A stretch of 64,000 nucleotides of DNA from an uncultured delta proteobacterium (lineage in GTDB: Bacteria; Desulfobacterota; Binatia; UBA9968): NCBI GenBank assembly GCA_963771465.1, contig CAVYTU010000009.1, positions 32,001-96,000 on the forward strand. The letters are read 5' to 3'. The notes below the pieces were generated by a model. It saw only the letters and a list, made by a program, of their open reading frames with translations, did no database searches and was not told the origin of the DNA. Numbering within the stretch: position 1 is the stretch's first letter; the number at the start of each line of letters is the position of its first letter. Positions 62,522-64,000 of this stretch are shown here, in pieces. The position numbers were made by a program, and so were the translations under genes.

Positions 62522-63370
62522 CTAAGTAACATTGATGATTGGCAAAGTAATGCACCCTTTGGTGCCATTACCGATATGAGAAAAAATACGCAGATCTCCG
62601 CCGAGGGACGCAAGGTCTGCGCGTACACTAAACAGTCCAAACCTACCGGTGCTCAGGTCGGAAAGAACAGTCTTGTGATGATCAAAGCCCCGGCCATCGT
62701 CGCATACTTCGATTGAAAGCGACCCCACTTTACGCGTCACGACGATTTCGATCCGGGAGGCCTGAGCATGCTTGATCACATTGAAAAGGAGCTCTCGCAC
62801 GGCGCGAAAAAGAATTTGCTGGACTTCGTCTTTCAACTGTTTGGGGACTAAATCGAGTCTGGCCGTGCAAGTCAGCCCGTGTTTCTTTTGAAGCTCTTCT
62901 ATTAACGACTGCAAAGCGGTTCTGAGCCCAGTTTCGCAAAGATATTGGGGGCACAAATCAGCGATGACCGTTCGCGTACGGCGAATCAGGCCGGTGATAA
63001 TTTCCCCAATTCCTTCGACAGAAGCGCGGTCCTGCGGAGGCAGCCTGATCATGAGCTCCGCTAGCCGCATTTTTGCAACCACAAGATCCTGGCCGAACTC
63101 GTCATGTAGCTGCTCGGCAACCTTTTGTCTTTCCTTCTCTTTCACGCGAGAAAGTTCGCGTGCCAGGGTTTTGAGCGCCTCCTCGTAGTTCGCGACATAG
63201 GTTACTGCCTCGCCTGGCTTGGTTGATGAAGTTTTACTGAACCGGCCGAATGCCCCGAACCGATCATTGGGATCCTTGTCAATAAGAGCCGTTCCGAGAG
63301 AACAGGCCGGGTCTGAATTTGACCAATTCAATGGTCTAACTTTTATATTCATGCCAATAGACAAGCGCAA
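62522..63370 (-). CDS. HisKA_3 (NarX-type) histidine kinase without TM or recognisable sensor domain
   Basis: ER.KVA..LHDEFGQ; ELLFNVIKHA; DDGRGF; FGL; GNGT. Confidence 0.85.
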   Translation of the reverse strand: MRLSIGMNIKVRPLNWSNSDPACSLGTALIDKDPNDRFGAFGRFSKTSSTKPGEAVTYVANYEEALKTLARELSRVKEKERQKVAEQLHDEFGQDLVVAKMRLAELMIRLPPQDRASVEGIGEIITGLIRRTRTVIADLCPQYLCETGLRTALQSLIEELQKKHGLTCTARLDLVPKQLKDEVQQILFRAVRELLFNVIKHAQASRIEIVVTRKVGSLSIEVCDDGRGFDHHKTVLSDLSTGRFGLFSVRADLASLGGDLRIFSHIGNGTKGCITLPIINVT

Positions 63371-63655
63371 TTTTAATACCAGACTTGCAATGCCAAGCTA
63401 TGAAGAAGTCAAACGAAGTGAAACGAAGCGAAACGAGATTGAGGCTGTCGGCTCGGTGTCAGGAATACAGGGGTATGCTACAGAAAGCCGCCTAGAGTGC
63501 CATCAATGCGGAAATAATGACAAATTTGCTCAAATGCTAAGTCGTTTTAAACGCAGTAAAAATATTTTTTAAAAAGAACGTTAATAATCGGTGACGTTTT
63601 TAAAAGGAGGCTTGCAGTATTTAGACTACTCTGTTAACTCACTTCCCGATCCATG

Positions 63656-64000
63656 TTATTTCGTGGTTTCGACTGAATTTCGTAGTTTCGGCGCTTTTGT
63701 GATACCAAGTTTCCGAAGACGTGAGCGCAGTGTATTAGGATGCAGGCCCAAAATCATTGCCGCCCCCTTCGGCCCTTCAATCCGCCAGTTTGTCTGATCG
63801 AGAACCTCCAGGATTCGCGTCCGCTCGAATTGCTCCAGCGTGGGCATCGATTGTGGGCTTTCGCTTCGCAAGCTCAATGGCTCCGGTATTGTCTTCAAAG
63901 GTGTAGATGACAGTCCTGTAACCGGAGCTTTGTTCCATCCCTCGGGCAGTTGGAGGGCTGCAGCAGTGGAAAGGACCGCCGCTCTGCTGATCACGTTCTC
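63656..64000 (-). CDS. C-terminus of a second sigma54/Fis activator (partial, paralog of 54831-58807)
   Basis: ENVISRAAVLS...LQLPEGW...WRIEGPKGAAMILGLHPNTLRSRLRKLG. Confidence 0.88.
   Translation of the reverse strand, partial: ENVISRAAVLSTAAALQLPEGWNKAPVTGLSSTPLKTIPEPLSLRSESPQSMPTLEQFERTRILEVLDQTNWRIEGPKGAAMILGLHPNTLRSRLRKLGITKAPKLRNSVETTK

Overview
Bacterial chromosomal window, GC-rich; gene content (many orphan solute-binding proteins, LLM oxidoreductase, bicupin, Bug/TctC) suggests a deltaproteobacterial lineage such as Ca. Binatia (inference). It has three zones. (1) ~1-5.7 kb: a decayed accessory patch with the 5' end of a MASE1 sensor gene, a broken LigD-type ligase, phage-like fragments, iteron-like repeats, a candidate sRNA and a PEP-CTERM pseudogene. 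(2) ~5.8-41.7 kb: a mostly intact core/catabolic block: moeB, trpS-scpA-scpB-rluB, a catabolic/transport cluster, dus-maf-GT2, alaC-hom-apgM-glpX, recG and a pyrR-pyrB*-carA-carB operon. (3) ~41.9-64 kb: an accessory envelope/signalling region with a solo attC site, several broken genes, a membrane-anchored sigma54 activator, a polyproline OmpA lipoprotein and a NarX/NarL-type kinase with two regulators. The standout is the pyrimidine operon. Aspartate transcarbamoylase is a four-part fusion (PyrB + PyrI zinc domain + Ada-N-like module + a second PyrR domain that has lost RNA-binding residues), pyrC is absent, and the leader has a PyrR-binding hairpin that covers the SD of a 16-codon uORF ending inside the attenuator terminator. 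All calls come from motif recognition by eye; no database searches were run.
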